The notes under the pieces are model-generated. The model worked only from the letters and a program-made list of their open reading frames with translations. It was not told the DNA's origin and ran no database searches. DNA of 64,000 nucleotides from Ranitomeya imitator (taxonomy: Eukaryota): NCBI RefSeq assembly GCF_032444005.1, contig NC_091288.1:179180001-179244000 (forward strand). The letters are read 5' to 3'. Position numbers and translations under genes: made by a program. This document shows, piece by piece, positions 24,691 to 35,978 of this stretch (position 1 is its first letter; each line of letters begins with the position of its first letter).

Positions 24691-25325
24691 ATGTCTCGAA
24701 ACAGCACATCCTCACTCAAGACGAGGTCACGAGCAAGCTCTAGCAGGTCATCATTAGCAGAGCTGGCTGCTGTCGCTCGTGCTGAAGCTGAAGCAGCCAA
24801 AGCGAGGTCTTCCTTCGCCGAGAAAGAAATGCATCTAAAGCTGAGACAAGCAGAGCATGCAGCAGAAAATGTACGTTTGCAGGCTGAAACCGCACGTTTG
24901 CGGGCAGAGCAAGAAGCAGAAGGTGCGCGCCTGCAAGTGTCTCTAGAAAGACTTATGGTAGACAAAGAGGCAGCAGCTGCAATAGCTAAGGCAGAGTACT
25001 TGGAAGCCATGAAGGATCCTGATTATGAGGGACGCAGCAACGTTCTTGGAACAGATCTAGAGCAGCAAGATCCAGCTCAGCGCGTCGCAGAGTACGTTCA
25101 TCGACACTCCAGCATGGACAACACCCTCGACAGACTACGGAAGAGAGCAAACCTCAGGATGTCAGTAAGCAGTGTCCTCTACACAGGAAACCACATCCTC
25201 TACTAAAGTGCAGAGCCTTCAGGGAGAAGACTTTAGAGGATCGCAAAGGTTTCCTCAAGGAAAACAACATCTGCTTCAAATGCTGTGCTACGACCTCTCA
25301 CTTCGCCAGGAACTGTGGAGCTAGC
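24691..25325 (+). pseudogene. BEL gag: N-terminus fused out of frame to the C-terminal Cys-His knuckles (central gag deleted)
   Basis: Ser/Ala-rich coiled-coil start (MSRNSTSS...ARAEAEAAKAR). From ~25146 another frame gives QCPLHRKPH...CFKCCATTSHFARNC...CAECSSTDHNTALH. Confidence 0.85.
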
Positions 25326-27521
25326 GTGAAATGTGCAGAATGCAGCAGCACGGATCACAATACAGCCTTGCATTCTGGACCACCTCCAGGAGTGTTGTCA
25401 CAAGCAGAGGAGCACGATGAGAAACAGAAGAACACCGTCGAAGACACCCCTGCGGTCACCTCTCAATGTACGGAGATCTGTAAGGGACTCAAGGGAGGAA
25501 GATCCTGCTCAAAAATCTGCCTTGTCCGAGTCTATCCAACAGGCCACAGAGACAAAGCGCTCAAGATATATGCAATCCTAGATGACCAAAGTAATAGGTC
25601 TTTAGCCAGGTCCATCTTCTTTGATAACTTCAACATTGTAGGCCCCGGTTCTCCCTACTCCCTTAGGACATGTTCAGGTACCGTCGAGACGGCGGGGAGG
25701 AAAGCAACCGGATACAAAGTGGAGTCCATGGATGGCCAGGCCTGTCTGTCACTACCGACCATCCTGGAGTGCAACCAGATTCCTGACAACAGGTCTGAGA
25801 TACCTTCACCAGAGGTGGCAACGTATCACCCCCACCTGAAGCATATAGCCCACCTGATACCTGAGTTGGAACCAGAAGCGCCAATAGCTTTACTTCTGGG
25901 AAGAGATATACTACGAGTCCACAAGACTAGAGAATATATCAACGGCTCACGGAATGCTCCATACGCGCAGAGGCAAGACCTTGGATGGGTCATTGTAGGA
26001 GATGTCTGTCTAGGAGGAGCACACAAGCCGGTCTCAGTCAACAGTATGCTTACCAGCACACTAGAAAATGGACGTCCATCTCTCTTCCAGCCGTGTCACA
26101 ATAGTCTGCTGGTAAAGGAACTACCGAGCAGCACTCCCCTACCTTGCCCTTTCTCAGTTCCTATCAACGAAGACCACGCCTGTGAAGGTGAACAAGACCA
26201 CATAGGATGTACAGTCTTCCACAGGACGAAGGAAGACAACAATTTAGCGATGTCTATAGAAGACAAGATATTCCTGGACATCATGGACGAACAAATAGTC
26301 AAGGATACGTCGAATAGTTGGGTTGCACCTCTACCATTTCGACCTCAGAGGAGATGCCTACACAACAACAAGGAATTGGCCTACAGCAGATTCATCTACC
26401 TAAGACACAAGCTTCAGAAGTCACCTGAGACGAAGGCACATTTCTTTACCTTCATGGGAAAGATATTCCAGAACAACCACGCAGAGATTGCACCTGCACT
26501 TCGACACGGAGAGGAGTGTTGGTACCTGCCCATCTTCGGAGTGTACCATCCTAAGAAGCCAGGTCAAATTAGAGTGGTATTCGACTCAAGTGCCAAATGC
26601 GAAGACGTGTCATTGAATGATGTCTTACTGTCGGGCCCAGACCTCAACAACAGACTTCTGGAAGTATTACTCTGTTTCCGTAGAGATTCAGTGGCATTTA
26701 TGGCTGACATACAACAGATGTTCCACTGTTTTCTCGTCAAAGAGGAACACAGAAACTACCTGAGGTTCTTCTGGTACCGTGACAACGACCCGGACGAAGA
26801 CATCGCAGAGTACCGGATGCGGGTACACATCTTTGGGAACAGTCCTTCCCCAGCGGTCGCAATCTACGACCTCCGACATTCTGCCAAAATGGGTGAAGAA
26901 GAGTATGGCTCGGACGTCAGGTCCTTTGTGGAAAAGGATTTTTACGTGGATGACTGTTTGAAGTCCACACCGACAAGTGAGGCCGCAATCAGTCTACTAA
27001 AGAGGACTCGTGACATGCTCGCCCAGTCTAACCTAAGGTTACACAAGATTTCTTCCAACAGCCGAGAGTTGATGGAAGCCTTTCCCTCTGAAGACTATTC
27101 TAGCGATCTAAATGATTTAGACCTCAGCATCGACCCCCTTCCCATGCAGCGGAACCTTGGATTGCTGTGGGACCTGAAGACAGATACCTTCACCTTTCAG
27201 ATCAGCAAGGATGAGAAACCCTTCATGCGCAGAGGAGTTCTTTCCTTCGTGAATAGTTTATACGACCGCTTGGGGTTCGTAGCTCCAGTAACCATCCAAG
27301 GGAAGCTGATGCTCAGGGACTTCACCCAAGACACTACTGATTGGGATGATCCACTTCCAGCAGAAAAGGCTGACCTGTGGGCAGAGTGGAGGAAGTCTCT
27401 TGAAGCCCTGACCAACCTTCGTGTGAAACGACCATATGCTCCTGTGCCATCCACAGAGGTCAAAACGCAAACACTTTTTGTATTTTCTGTGATGCATCAG
27501 TCAAAGCGATTGCAGCAGTAG
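25326..27521 (+). CDS. BEL pol part 1: aspartic protease + reverse transcriptase
   Basis: AILDDQSNRSL (protease); WYLPIFGVYHPKKPGQIRVVFD, ADIQQMF, FGNSPSP, FYVDD (Pao RT). Frameshift near 27485 before RNase H (CDASVKAIAAVAY in the next frame). Confidence 0.95.
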   Translation: MKCAECSSTDHNTALHSGPPPGVLSQAEEHDEKQKNTVEDTPAVTSQCTEICKGLKGGRSCSKICLVRVYPTGHRDKALKIYAILDDQSNRSLARSIFFDNFNIVGPGSPYSLRTCSGTVETAGRKATGYKVESMDGQACLSLPTILECNQIPDNRSEIPSPEVATYHPHLKHIAHLIPELEPEAPIALLLGRDILRVHKTREYINGSRNAPYAQRQDLGWVIVGDVCLGGAHKPVSVNSMLTSTLENGRPSLFQPCHNSLLVKELPSSTPLPCPFSVPINEDHACEGEQDHIGCTVFHRTKEDNNLAMSIEDKIFLDIMDEQIVKDTSNSWVAPLPFRPQRRCLHNNKELAYSRFIYLRHKLQKSPETKAHFFTFMGKIFQNNHAEIAPALRHGEECWYLPIFGVYHPKKPGQIRVVFDSSAKCEDVSLNDVLLSGPDLNNRLLEVLLCFRRDSVAFMADIQQMFHCFLVKEEHRNYLRFFWYRDNDPDEDIAEYRMRVHIFGNSPSPAVAIYDLRHSAKMGEEEYGSDVRSFVEKDFYVDDCLKSTPTSEAAISLLKRTRDMLAQSNLRLHKISSNSRELMEAFPSEDYSSDLNDLDLSIDPLPMQRNLGLLWDLKTDTFTFQISKDEKPFMRRGVLSFVNSLYDRLGFVAPVTIQGKLMLRDFTQDTTDWDDPLPAEKADLWAEWRKSLEALTNLRVKRPYAPVPSTEVKTQTLFVFSVMHQSKRLQQ

Positions 27522-28795
27522 CGTACCTCGAATCCACAGACGTAAGTGGACAATGCCATATCGGGTTCGTTATGAGCCGGACGAAATTGGCGCCACTTCG
27601 TGAACACACGATACCCAGACTGGAACTCTGTGCTGCTGTCCTCGCAGTTGAGACGGCCGAACTGATCTCGGATGCGATGAGCCTGAAGATCAAGGATGCA
27701 GAGTTCTACACCGATAGCAAGGTGGTGCTGGGGTACATCTGTAACAAGACACGACGCTTCTACGTCTACGTCAGCAACCGGGTACTTCGGGTAAGAAGAT
27801 CCACCGACCCTAATCAGTGGCACTACGTACCTACTCACCACAATCCTGCGGACCACGCGACTAGATCCGTTGCACCCAGTCATCTGAAGGACACTTCTTG
27901 GTTCACAGGTCCTACCTCTTTGTACCGTTCGATGCCCCACATCAGCAGGCCTGAAACTTTCGAACTAGTGGGTCCAGACACAGACGAAGAGATCCGACCT
28001 CAAGTGTCTGCTCTACATACAGAGATTTCAAGCTGCCACCTCGAATCTCACCGGTTCAGCAGGTTCTCCACCTGGAAGTCACTTGTTCGAGCTATAGCTT
28101 GTCTATTTCATGTAACCCAGTCCTACAAGTCAGCACTACCTGATAGCCAGAGACGTTGTAAAGGTTGGCATCACTGCAGGGTTGCGTTTACTGCTCCCAA
28201 CCTGGAAAGAGCCAAGGTTATAATACTTCGTGCCATACAAAGAGAAACCTATGGCAGAGAAATAGACAACCTCAACAAGGGACAACCCATTCCTGAGGTC
28301 AGTGGGCTGAGGAAGCTCGATCCGATTGTCGATCAAGAAGGGCTGCTGAGAGTCGGTGGCCGTCTTCAAGAAGCTGAGGTAGAAGTTTCAGAGAAGCACC
28401 CGGTGATAATTCCTGGACGTCATCACGTAACAACCCTGCTGATTCAACACCATCATGTCTTGGTGAGACACCAAGGCCGTTTGTTCACTAAAGGAAACCT
28501 AAGGGCAGCTGGACTATGGATAGTTGGAGCTAAGAGAAGAGTGAGCAAACTCATCTTCGACTGTGTTACGTGTTGCAAACTCCGGGGCACATTCCAAAAT
28601 CCGAAGATGGCCAATCTTCCACCCGACAGACTCAGTTCTGAACCTCCCTTCACCAACGTTGGACTAGATGTATTCGGTCCTTGGTCTGTGGCTACACGAC
28701 GGACTAGAAAAATACTTACGGAAGCAAAGTGTTGGGCGGTTCTATTCACGTGTCTGTCCGTCAGAGCCGTTCATATCGAAGTAATCGAATCGATG
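27500..28795 (+). pseudogene. BEL pol part 2: RNase H, integrase HHCC and first catalytic Asp
   Basis: KLAP, IPRLELCAA, YTDSKVVLGYI, HPVIIP...HH...H...C..C, VGLDVFGP, AVHIEVIESM; then interrupted by repeat DNA. Confidence 0.93.
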
Positions 28796-29934
28796 GGGCA
28801 GATTGCCATGGGGCAGATTGCTGGACACACTGGGGCAATACTGGAGACCATGGGGCAAAATGCTGGACACACTGGGGCAATACTGGAGACCATGGGGCAG
28901 AATGCTGGACACACCGGGGCAATACTGGAGACCATGGGGCAGATTGCTGGACACACTGGGGCAATACTGGAGACCATGGGGCAGAATGCTGGACACACCG
29001 GGGCAATACTGGAGACCATGGGGCAAATTGCTGGGGCACACTGGGGCAATACTGAAGACCATGGGGCAGAATGCTGGACACAATGGGGCAATACTGGAGA
29101 CCATGGGGCAGAATGCTGGACACACTGGGGCAATGCAGGAGACCATGGGGCAGATTGCTGGACACACTGGGGCAATACAGGAGACCATGGGGCAGATTGC
29201 TGGACACACTGGGGCAGATTGCTGGACACACTGGGGGTAATATGCTGGACACACTGGGGGTAATATGCTGGACACACTGGGGGTAATATGCTGGACACAC
29301 TGGGGCAGACTGCTGGACACACTGGGGCAATGCTGGACACTGGGGCAGATTGCTGGACACACTGGGGCAATGCTGGACACTGGGGCAGATTGCTGGACAC
29401 ACTGGGAGTAATATGCTGGACACACTGGGGCAGATTGCTGCACAACATGGGGGTAATATGCTGGACACACTGGGGCAGATTGCTGGACACACTGGGGGCA
29501 GGACTTGGGGCATGATTGGAGACATGGGGCAGGATTGGATCATGGGGCAGGACGGATACGATGGAGGCTGGTGGGGCAGGATGGGGAGATCATATGGGGT
29601 AGAATGGATAGTCATGAGTGCAGGATACGAGAACATATGGCTGGAGCCAGGAATGAGATAAACGGGGCCAGGGTGGGGAATAGTGTTACCATAGGGGCTA
29701 ATTAAGGGATATTATTAATGCAGTAATGTATTTATTTTATTTTTTGAGTATACTGTTTTAAATGGGGGGGCGGTACTGTTATTGTGCAAAGTGACACTAT
29801 ATCGCCTTTTTGTCTTCATGTGGTGTAATGTAGAAGTTGTGAAAAATTAAGTAATGTGTTCTGCAAGCGGAGCTCGAGATAACTGTGTTATTTCCTGCAG
29901 AGACGAGTCCTGGCTGGAAGGAATGATGGCGGTC
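28793..29934 (-). repeat. Inverted copy of the internal segment 30549-31697 of the adjacent hAT element
   Basis: Reverse complement matches, including the diagnostic order of variant minisatellite units; no TIRs or TSD of its own. Confidence 0.93.
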
Positions 29935-29976
29935 AAGTTTTATAAACGCACTTCGACGCTTCATCGCAATCAGAGG
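29933..29976 (+). pseudogene. Isolated 44-bp integrase segment (SSFINALRRFIAIRG)
   Basis: Fills the gap between ...IESM and IRGPVKHIRSDRGTNF of the integrase core. Confidence 0.9.
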
Positions 29977-32900
29977 CAGAGGCGTAGCTAGAGCTTTTGC
30001 CGCCCGGGGCTGTTCCCGAGTTTGGCGCCCCCCCCCCCCCCCCGGCTCAATACACACAAAGGTTACCAAAAATGGTTTTCCTGTTTTGTAGAACTTAAAC
30101 TGGGCCTAATGGTGTCACCCCCACATGCCAAACCTGTGACTTAATACCACCACACCATGACCAGACCACATAGTGACCGAATAATACTACATACAAGGGA
30201 CAAATACCACAACACCATTTCCAGACCACATATTACCACCACATAGTGACTGAATACTACAATACTGATCAGTAATAAAAAAAAAAACACAATACTATCA
30301 CCATAAGTGCCAGTATTCACAGGAGATCTGTACTTAGTATGCAGTGTCTGTGTAGAGGTAATACAGAGATCACTGGTGGTATTATACACAGGAACTCTGT
30401 ATATAATGTATAGGTAATACAGTGATCACTGGTGACATTGTACACAGGACCGCTGTATATAGTATACAGTGTATAGTGTCAGTGTTTAGGTAACACTGAC
30501 TCACCAGTGACGTCTCTAGGTGAAGTCCTTCATCTTTCATCCAGCACAGACCGCCATCATTCCTTCCAGCCAGGACTCGTCTCTGCAGGAAATAACACAG
30601 TTATCTCGAGCTCCGCTTGCAGAACACATTACTTAATTTTTCACAACTTCTACATTACACCACATGAAGACAAAAAGGCGATATAGTGTCACTCTGCACA
30701 ATAACAGTACCGCCCCCCCATTTAAAACAGTATACTCAAAAAATAAAATAAATACATCACTGCAGTAATAATATCCCTTAATTAGCCCCTATGGTAACAC
30801 TATTCCCCACCCTGGCCCCGTTTATCTCATTCCTGGCTCCAGCCATATGTTCTCGTATCCTGCACTCATGACTATCCATTCTACCCCATATGATCTCCCC
30901 ATCCTGCCCCACCAGCCTCCATCGTATCCGTCCTGCCCCATGATCCAATCCTGCCCCATGTCTCCAATCATGCCCCAAGTCCTGCCCCCAGTGTGTCCAG
31001 CAATCTGCCCCAGTGTGTCCAGCATATTACCCCCATGTTGTCCAGCAATCTGCCCCAGTGTGTCCAGCATATTACTCCCAGTGTGTCCAGCAATCTGCCC
31101 CAGTGTCCAGCATTGCCCCAGTGTGTCCAGCAATCTGCCCCAGTGTCCAGCATTGCCCCAGTGTGTCCAGCAGTCTGCCCCAGTGTGTCCAGCATATTAC
31201 CCCCAGTGTGTCCAGCATATTACCCCCAGTGTGTCCAGCATATTACCCCCAGTGTGTCCAGCATATTACCCCCAGTGTGTCCAGCAATCTGCCCCAGTGT
31301 GTCCAGCAATCTGCCCCATGGTCTCCTGTATTGCCCCAGTGTGTCCAGCAATCTGCCCCATGGTCTCCTGCATTGCCCCAGTGTGTCCAGCATTCTGCCC
31401 CATGGTCTCCAGTATTGCCCCATTGTGTCCAGCATTCTGCCCCATGGTCTTCAGTATTGCCCCAGTGTGTCCAGCAATTTGCCCCATGGTCTCCAGTATT
31501 GCCCCGGTGTGTCCAGCATTCTGCCCCATGGTCTCCAGTATTGCCCCAGTGTGTCCAGCAATCTGCCCCATGGTCTCCAGTATTGCCCCGGTGTGTCCAG
31601 CATTCTGCCCCATGGTCTCCAGTATTGCCCCAGTGTGTCCAGCATTCTGCCCCATGGTCTCCAGTATTGCCCCAGTGTGTCCAGCAATCTGCCCCATGGT
31701 CTCCAGTATTGCCCCAGTGTGTCCAGCAATCTGCCCCATGGTCTCCAGTATTGCCCCAGTGTGTCCAGCAATCTGCCCCATGGTCTCCAGTATTGCCCCG
31801 GTGTGTCCAGCAATCTGCCCCATGGTCTCCAGTATTGCCCCGGTGTGTCCAGCATTCTGCCCCATGGTCTCCAGTATTGCCCCAGTGTGTCCAGCAATCT
31901 GCCCCATGGTCTCCAGTATTGCCCCGGTGTGTCCAGCATTCTGCCCCATGGTCTCCAGTATTGCCCCAGTGTGTCCAGCATTCTGCCCCATGGTCTCCAG
32001 TATTGCCCCAGTGTGTCCAGCAATCTGCCCCATGGTCTCCAGTATTGCCCCAGTGTGTCCAGCAATCTGCCCCATGGTCTCCAGTATTGCCCCGGTGTGT
32101 CCAGCATTCTGCCCCATGGTCTCCAGTATTGCCCCAGTGTGTCCAGAAATCTGCCCCATGGTCTCCAGTATTGCCCCGGTGTGTCCAGCATTCTGCCCCA
32201 TGGTGTCCAGTATTGCCCCAGTGTGTCCAGCAATCTGCCCCATGGTCTCCAGTATTGCCCCGGTGTGTCCAGCATTCTGCCCCATGGTCTCCAGTATTGC
32301 CCCAGTGTGTCCAGCAATCTGCCCCATGGTCTCCAGTATTGCCCCGGTGTGTCCAGCATTCTGCCCCATGGTCTCCAGTATTGCCCCAGTGTGTCCAGCA
32401 ATCTGCCCCATGGTCTCCAGTATTGCCCCAGTGTGTCCAGCAATCTGCCCCATGGTCTCCAGTATTGCCCCAGTGTGTCCAGCAATCTGCCCCATGGTTT
32501 CCAGTATTGCCCCGTTGTGTCCAGCAATCTGCCCCATGGTCTCCAGTATTGCCCCAGTGTGTCCAGCAATCTGCCCCATGGTCTCCAGTATTGCCCCAGT
32601 GTGTCCAGCAATCTGCCCCATGGTCTCCAGTTTTGCCCCAGTGTGTCCAGCAATCTGCCCCATGGTCTCCTGTATTGCCCCAGTGTGTCCAGCAATCTGC
32701 CCCATGGTCTCCTGTATTGCCCCAGTGTGTCCAGCATTCTGCCCCATGGTCTCCAGTATTGCCCCATTGTGTCCAGCATTCTGCCCCATGGTCTTCAGTA
32801 TTGCCCCCAGAGTCAGACATAAAGAAAAAAAAAAAAAAGTTAAATCCTCACCTCTCCCGTTCCTAGTGCAGGTCCGGTGCAGTCAGCGTCTCTCCGGCTC

Positions 32901-33216
32901 TGCGACGCTCAGGACAGAGAGGTTGAGCGGCGCGCACAGTAGTGACGTCATCGCGCCCTCTGCTCTGAGACGTCGCAGAGTCAGAGGACGCTGTAGCTGC
33001 CGGCGCCGCAGGAACCAGGAGAGGTGAGTATTAGAGCGGGGGGCGGGGGCCCAGGGGCGGGGGGAGCCTGGTCGTGGCGGCGGACGGCGCCGCCCGAAGA
33101 TTTAAAGGGGCGTCTTTTTTTTTTTTTTTCTTTCTCCTGCAGCGCCGGCCGCCCCCCGCATTGTGCCGCCCGGGGCGGACCGCCCCCCCCCCCGCACCCC
33201 CCTTCCTACGCCACTG
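29977..33216. mobile_element. Non-autonomous hAT element (3240 bp) inserted in the BEL integrase
   Basis: TIR CAGAGGCGTAGC / CCTACGCCACTG; perfect 8-bp TSD ATCAGAGG (29969-29976, 33217-33224). Confidence 0.96.
30985..32808. repeat. Minisatellite: ~20-22 bp units followed by ~36 copies of a 42-bp unit
   Basis: Unit atggtctccagtattgccccagtgtgtccagcaatctgcccc; stop-free, hence the overlapping long ORFs. Confidence 0.98.
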
Positions 33217-33972
33217 ATCAGAGGACCTGTGAAGCATATTCGTTCTGACCGAGGTACGAATTTCGTCGGAGCGGCAAGAGAACTCCAAATCCCTTCCAAT
33301 CTGGACATCGATAATGTGGAAAGGTATCTAGGTGAGCAAGTATGTACCTGGACCTTCAATCCACCACACTCTTCGCACATGGGAGGTGCGTGGGAAAGGA
33401 TGATAGGGATAGCACACAGAATATTAGACTCTATCTTCTTGCAAGCTAACACCAGACTTACACAAGAGAGTTTATCCACGTTCTTGGCAGAGGTCTCAGC
33501 CATCATGAATGCCAGGCCACTGACAGCACTTTCTAGTGATTCTGGAGATCCATCCATCCTTACTCCTGCAATGTTACTCACACAGAAAACCTGTGTCCCG
33601 AAAGCTCCACTCGGAGAATTCAATGACAAAGATCTCTACAGACGACAATGGAGGCAGGTACAAAGCGTGTCCAACGTCTTCTGGAATAGATGGAGGAAAC
33701 AGTATCTTTCCACTCTGCAAAGCAGGACAAAGTGGCAGAAAGACCGCCCAAACATTCAATCTGGCGATGTTGTACTCGTCAAAGACAGTCAGTCACATCG
33801 GAACGAGTGGCCACTCGGCCTAGTCATTAAGACCCTGCCCAGTAAAGATGGGAAAGTGCGGAAAGTAGAGGTCAGAGTGTGCAAGCTTGGAGAAAACAAA
33901 CTGTTCCTCAGACCCGTTACCGAGCTTGTATTATTATTTTCCCCAAAAGAACCTAATTGTGGCATCTGTTGA
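33217..33972 (+). pseudogene. BEL pol part 3: integrase core and C-terminal domain
   Basis: IRSDRGTNFVGA, GGAWERMIG, FWNRWRKQYL, WPLGLV...DGKVRKVEV...RPVTELVLL. Confidence 0.95.
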
Positions 33973-33974
33973 CG

Positions 33975-33986
33975 CCAAGCGGGGAG
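33975..33986 (+). promoter_or_regulatory. Polypurine tract
   Basis: gccaagcggggag immediately 5' of the 3' LTR TG. Confidence 0.75.
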
Positions 33987-34792
33987 TGTTCTGCCCATCT
34001 TAATGTGCAAAGAGTTAATTATCATGTTATTCAAGTTGTGGCCACTGGAGGTCATCAGTTGCCTACTTTTCATGTTGTTTACCAACCTTTCCCTCCTAAG
34101 AGCAATGTCTTATGGGTTAGTTCCGCCCACATTCTTCTTGTGAAGACAAGCTTCAGTAGCCATTTTTCCTCAGATCTGCAGAGAGGCACACGTGCTCCTG
34201 TCTCGCTTACTTTCTTACCCCTGTCCTAACGGATCTCGGTACGTTTATAAAGGTTTAATGCATCTTATGTTTGTGTTAGTATTTAAGCCTTATGCAGCTC
34301 CTATAGTCAGATATAGTTAGGCAGATGTGCTTTGCAGCTTGCAGTTAGGTTCAGGTGTACTCTGCATGTAGATAGATGCATTCTTGTATAGAATAGGGCA
34401 GTGCTGTTAGAATTACTGTGTAATGCACTCTGTATAATTCTTGCTGTAATGTCCCAGTTATTTATGTGATTGCACCCTGTATGTGCATATACTGAAATGC
34501 TGTTATTCTTTACAGTTTTTCACCAGTCATCCACTATGATCAGTCATCCACTATGATCAGTCATCCACTATGATTATTCACTGAACATCCACTTTGTACA
34601 TCAACATCATTCACTATTCGATCATCTACTATGAATACTGTCCACCATTGTTGTTCAACGTTATAGTTTTGGTTATCATCACCCTAATAAATAAGACTTA
34701 AGCATCAACACAGTCTGTTTACTGGGATGTGGATGAAGGTCTAGCCGTATGTTAGAATCCACACAGCATCCTACGTGGAGGAAGACAGAACA
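33987..34792 (+). repeat. 3' LTR of BEL element (806 bp)
   Basis: Near-identical to 23603-24405; AATAAA at 34686-34691. Confidence 0.97.
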
Positions 34793-35978
34793 GGATGTGT
34801 TTAAATAAAATGTTCCTATGCTGAGATAATCTTATAAATGTGCCCCTGCTGTGTCTGACTGTACAGGAACATGGTCTGATCAGGGGAGGAAGCGAAAGAG
34901 AGAATACAGAAATTACATTAAGGGATCGCAAATAATTCCTTCTTTGAGGTAAATCATTTTTTTAAAACAGGCAAGGAAATGCTTCATCTCAATAAAAGAA
35001 TCAGCTGCGATCCCATGCTGTAGTGTCTGAATTCTCTTTTGCTTCCTCCCCTGCCCAGGAGATGTGGTATGATCAGACTATGTTCCTGTACAGTCAGACA
35101 CAGCAGGGGCACATTTATAAGATTATCTCAGCCCAATGCAATGCTGCCATCTGACCATTATTGTTCATTGTCCTGATTGTGGGCTCATTAACATTTAATT
35201 TACCTAATGAGAGAGAGGCCTTTAGTTGCTTAGAGGTTACCATGGGTTCTTTTCTGATATTACAGACTATAATACATTAAACAATTTCATTAAACAATGT
35301 TGATCCAGCACTCTTGGGGAGGCTAACAATAGTCTTTGACTTCCTCCATTTAATATGTGCTAACCTCTAAGCTGGAGGATAAAAAAGTGCTTGTAATATC
35401 AAATATATTAAAATGATTTGCTTTATTAACTCAATAAATATACAAAATATTCACAAAGGATCTCCTGCCTAGAGAAAAACCGCTTCTCTTCTATTGTATA
35501 GGTGTCTATTATTGACAGTTTACAATCAAAGCACACACCTAAGAATAATAGTCCATATTTACAATATTAACCATTAATATTATACCAATCATTAAATAAT
35601 TAATTAATAATATGGTAAGAATATCGAATTCAGGCAATATACTGTTAATGTATTTACTTATGTCCAATGGCACATGGGTGAAACCAGATACGGATTGGGG
35701 CTGAAATTCAGTCCTGGCATTTGAAATCAGACAGGCCCATGTTGTCCCCGTCCCCATGAACCAGATGGGATATTTTACTAATTTTACCCTGTTATTACAA
35801 AATCCACCCAAGGATAAGGGAGTGAACAAGTAAATGTTAAAAAACAAGTTTTTATTTTATTAAATCAGTAACATGATAAAAAATGAATAAAATGTTTAAG
35901 AGAGATGCAGGATTGAAAAAAAAGGGACGTAGAACTCAAAAATAATAATAATTGCTGCTTGGTAAAAAAAAAAATGTT

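Larger units (their letters stand above)
23603..34792 (+). mobile_element. BEL/Pao LTR retrotransposon, disrupted
   Basis: Two TG...CA LTRs; 5-bp TSD GGATG (23598-23602, 34793-34797); order gag-Zn knuckles-PR-RT-RNaseH-IN; PPT before the 3' LTR; no env. Confidence 0.97.

Noticed and set aside
24666-25010. 114-aa minus-strand ORF
   Set aside because: Antisense of the low-complexity gag N-terminus.
28729-29705. Repeat ORFs and the apparent repetitive C-terminal extension of integrase
   Set aside because: Read-through into the inverted minisatellite copy; the true integrase continues at 29933 and 33217.
31275-32808. CRISPR-like regular array
   Set aside because: Units are directly abutting with no unique spacers, there are no cas genes, and the context is eukaryotic.
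30778-33027. Overlapping 440-726 aa ORFs on both strands
   Set aside because: Translations of the stop-free 42-bp minisatellite inside a non-autonomous hAT; no protein features beyond the repeat.
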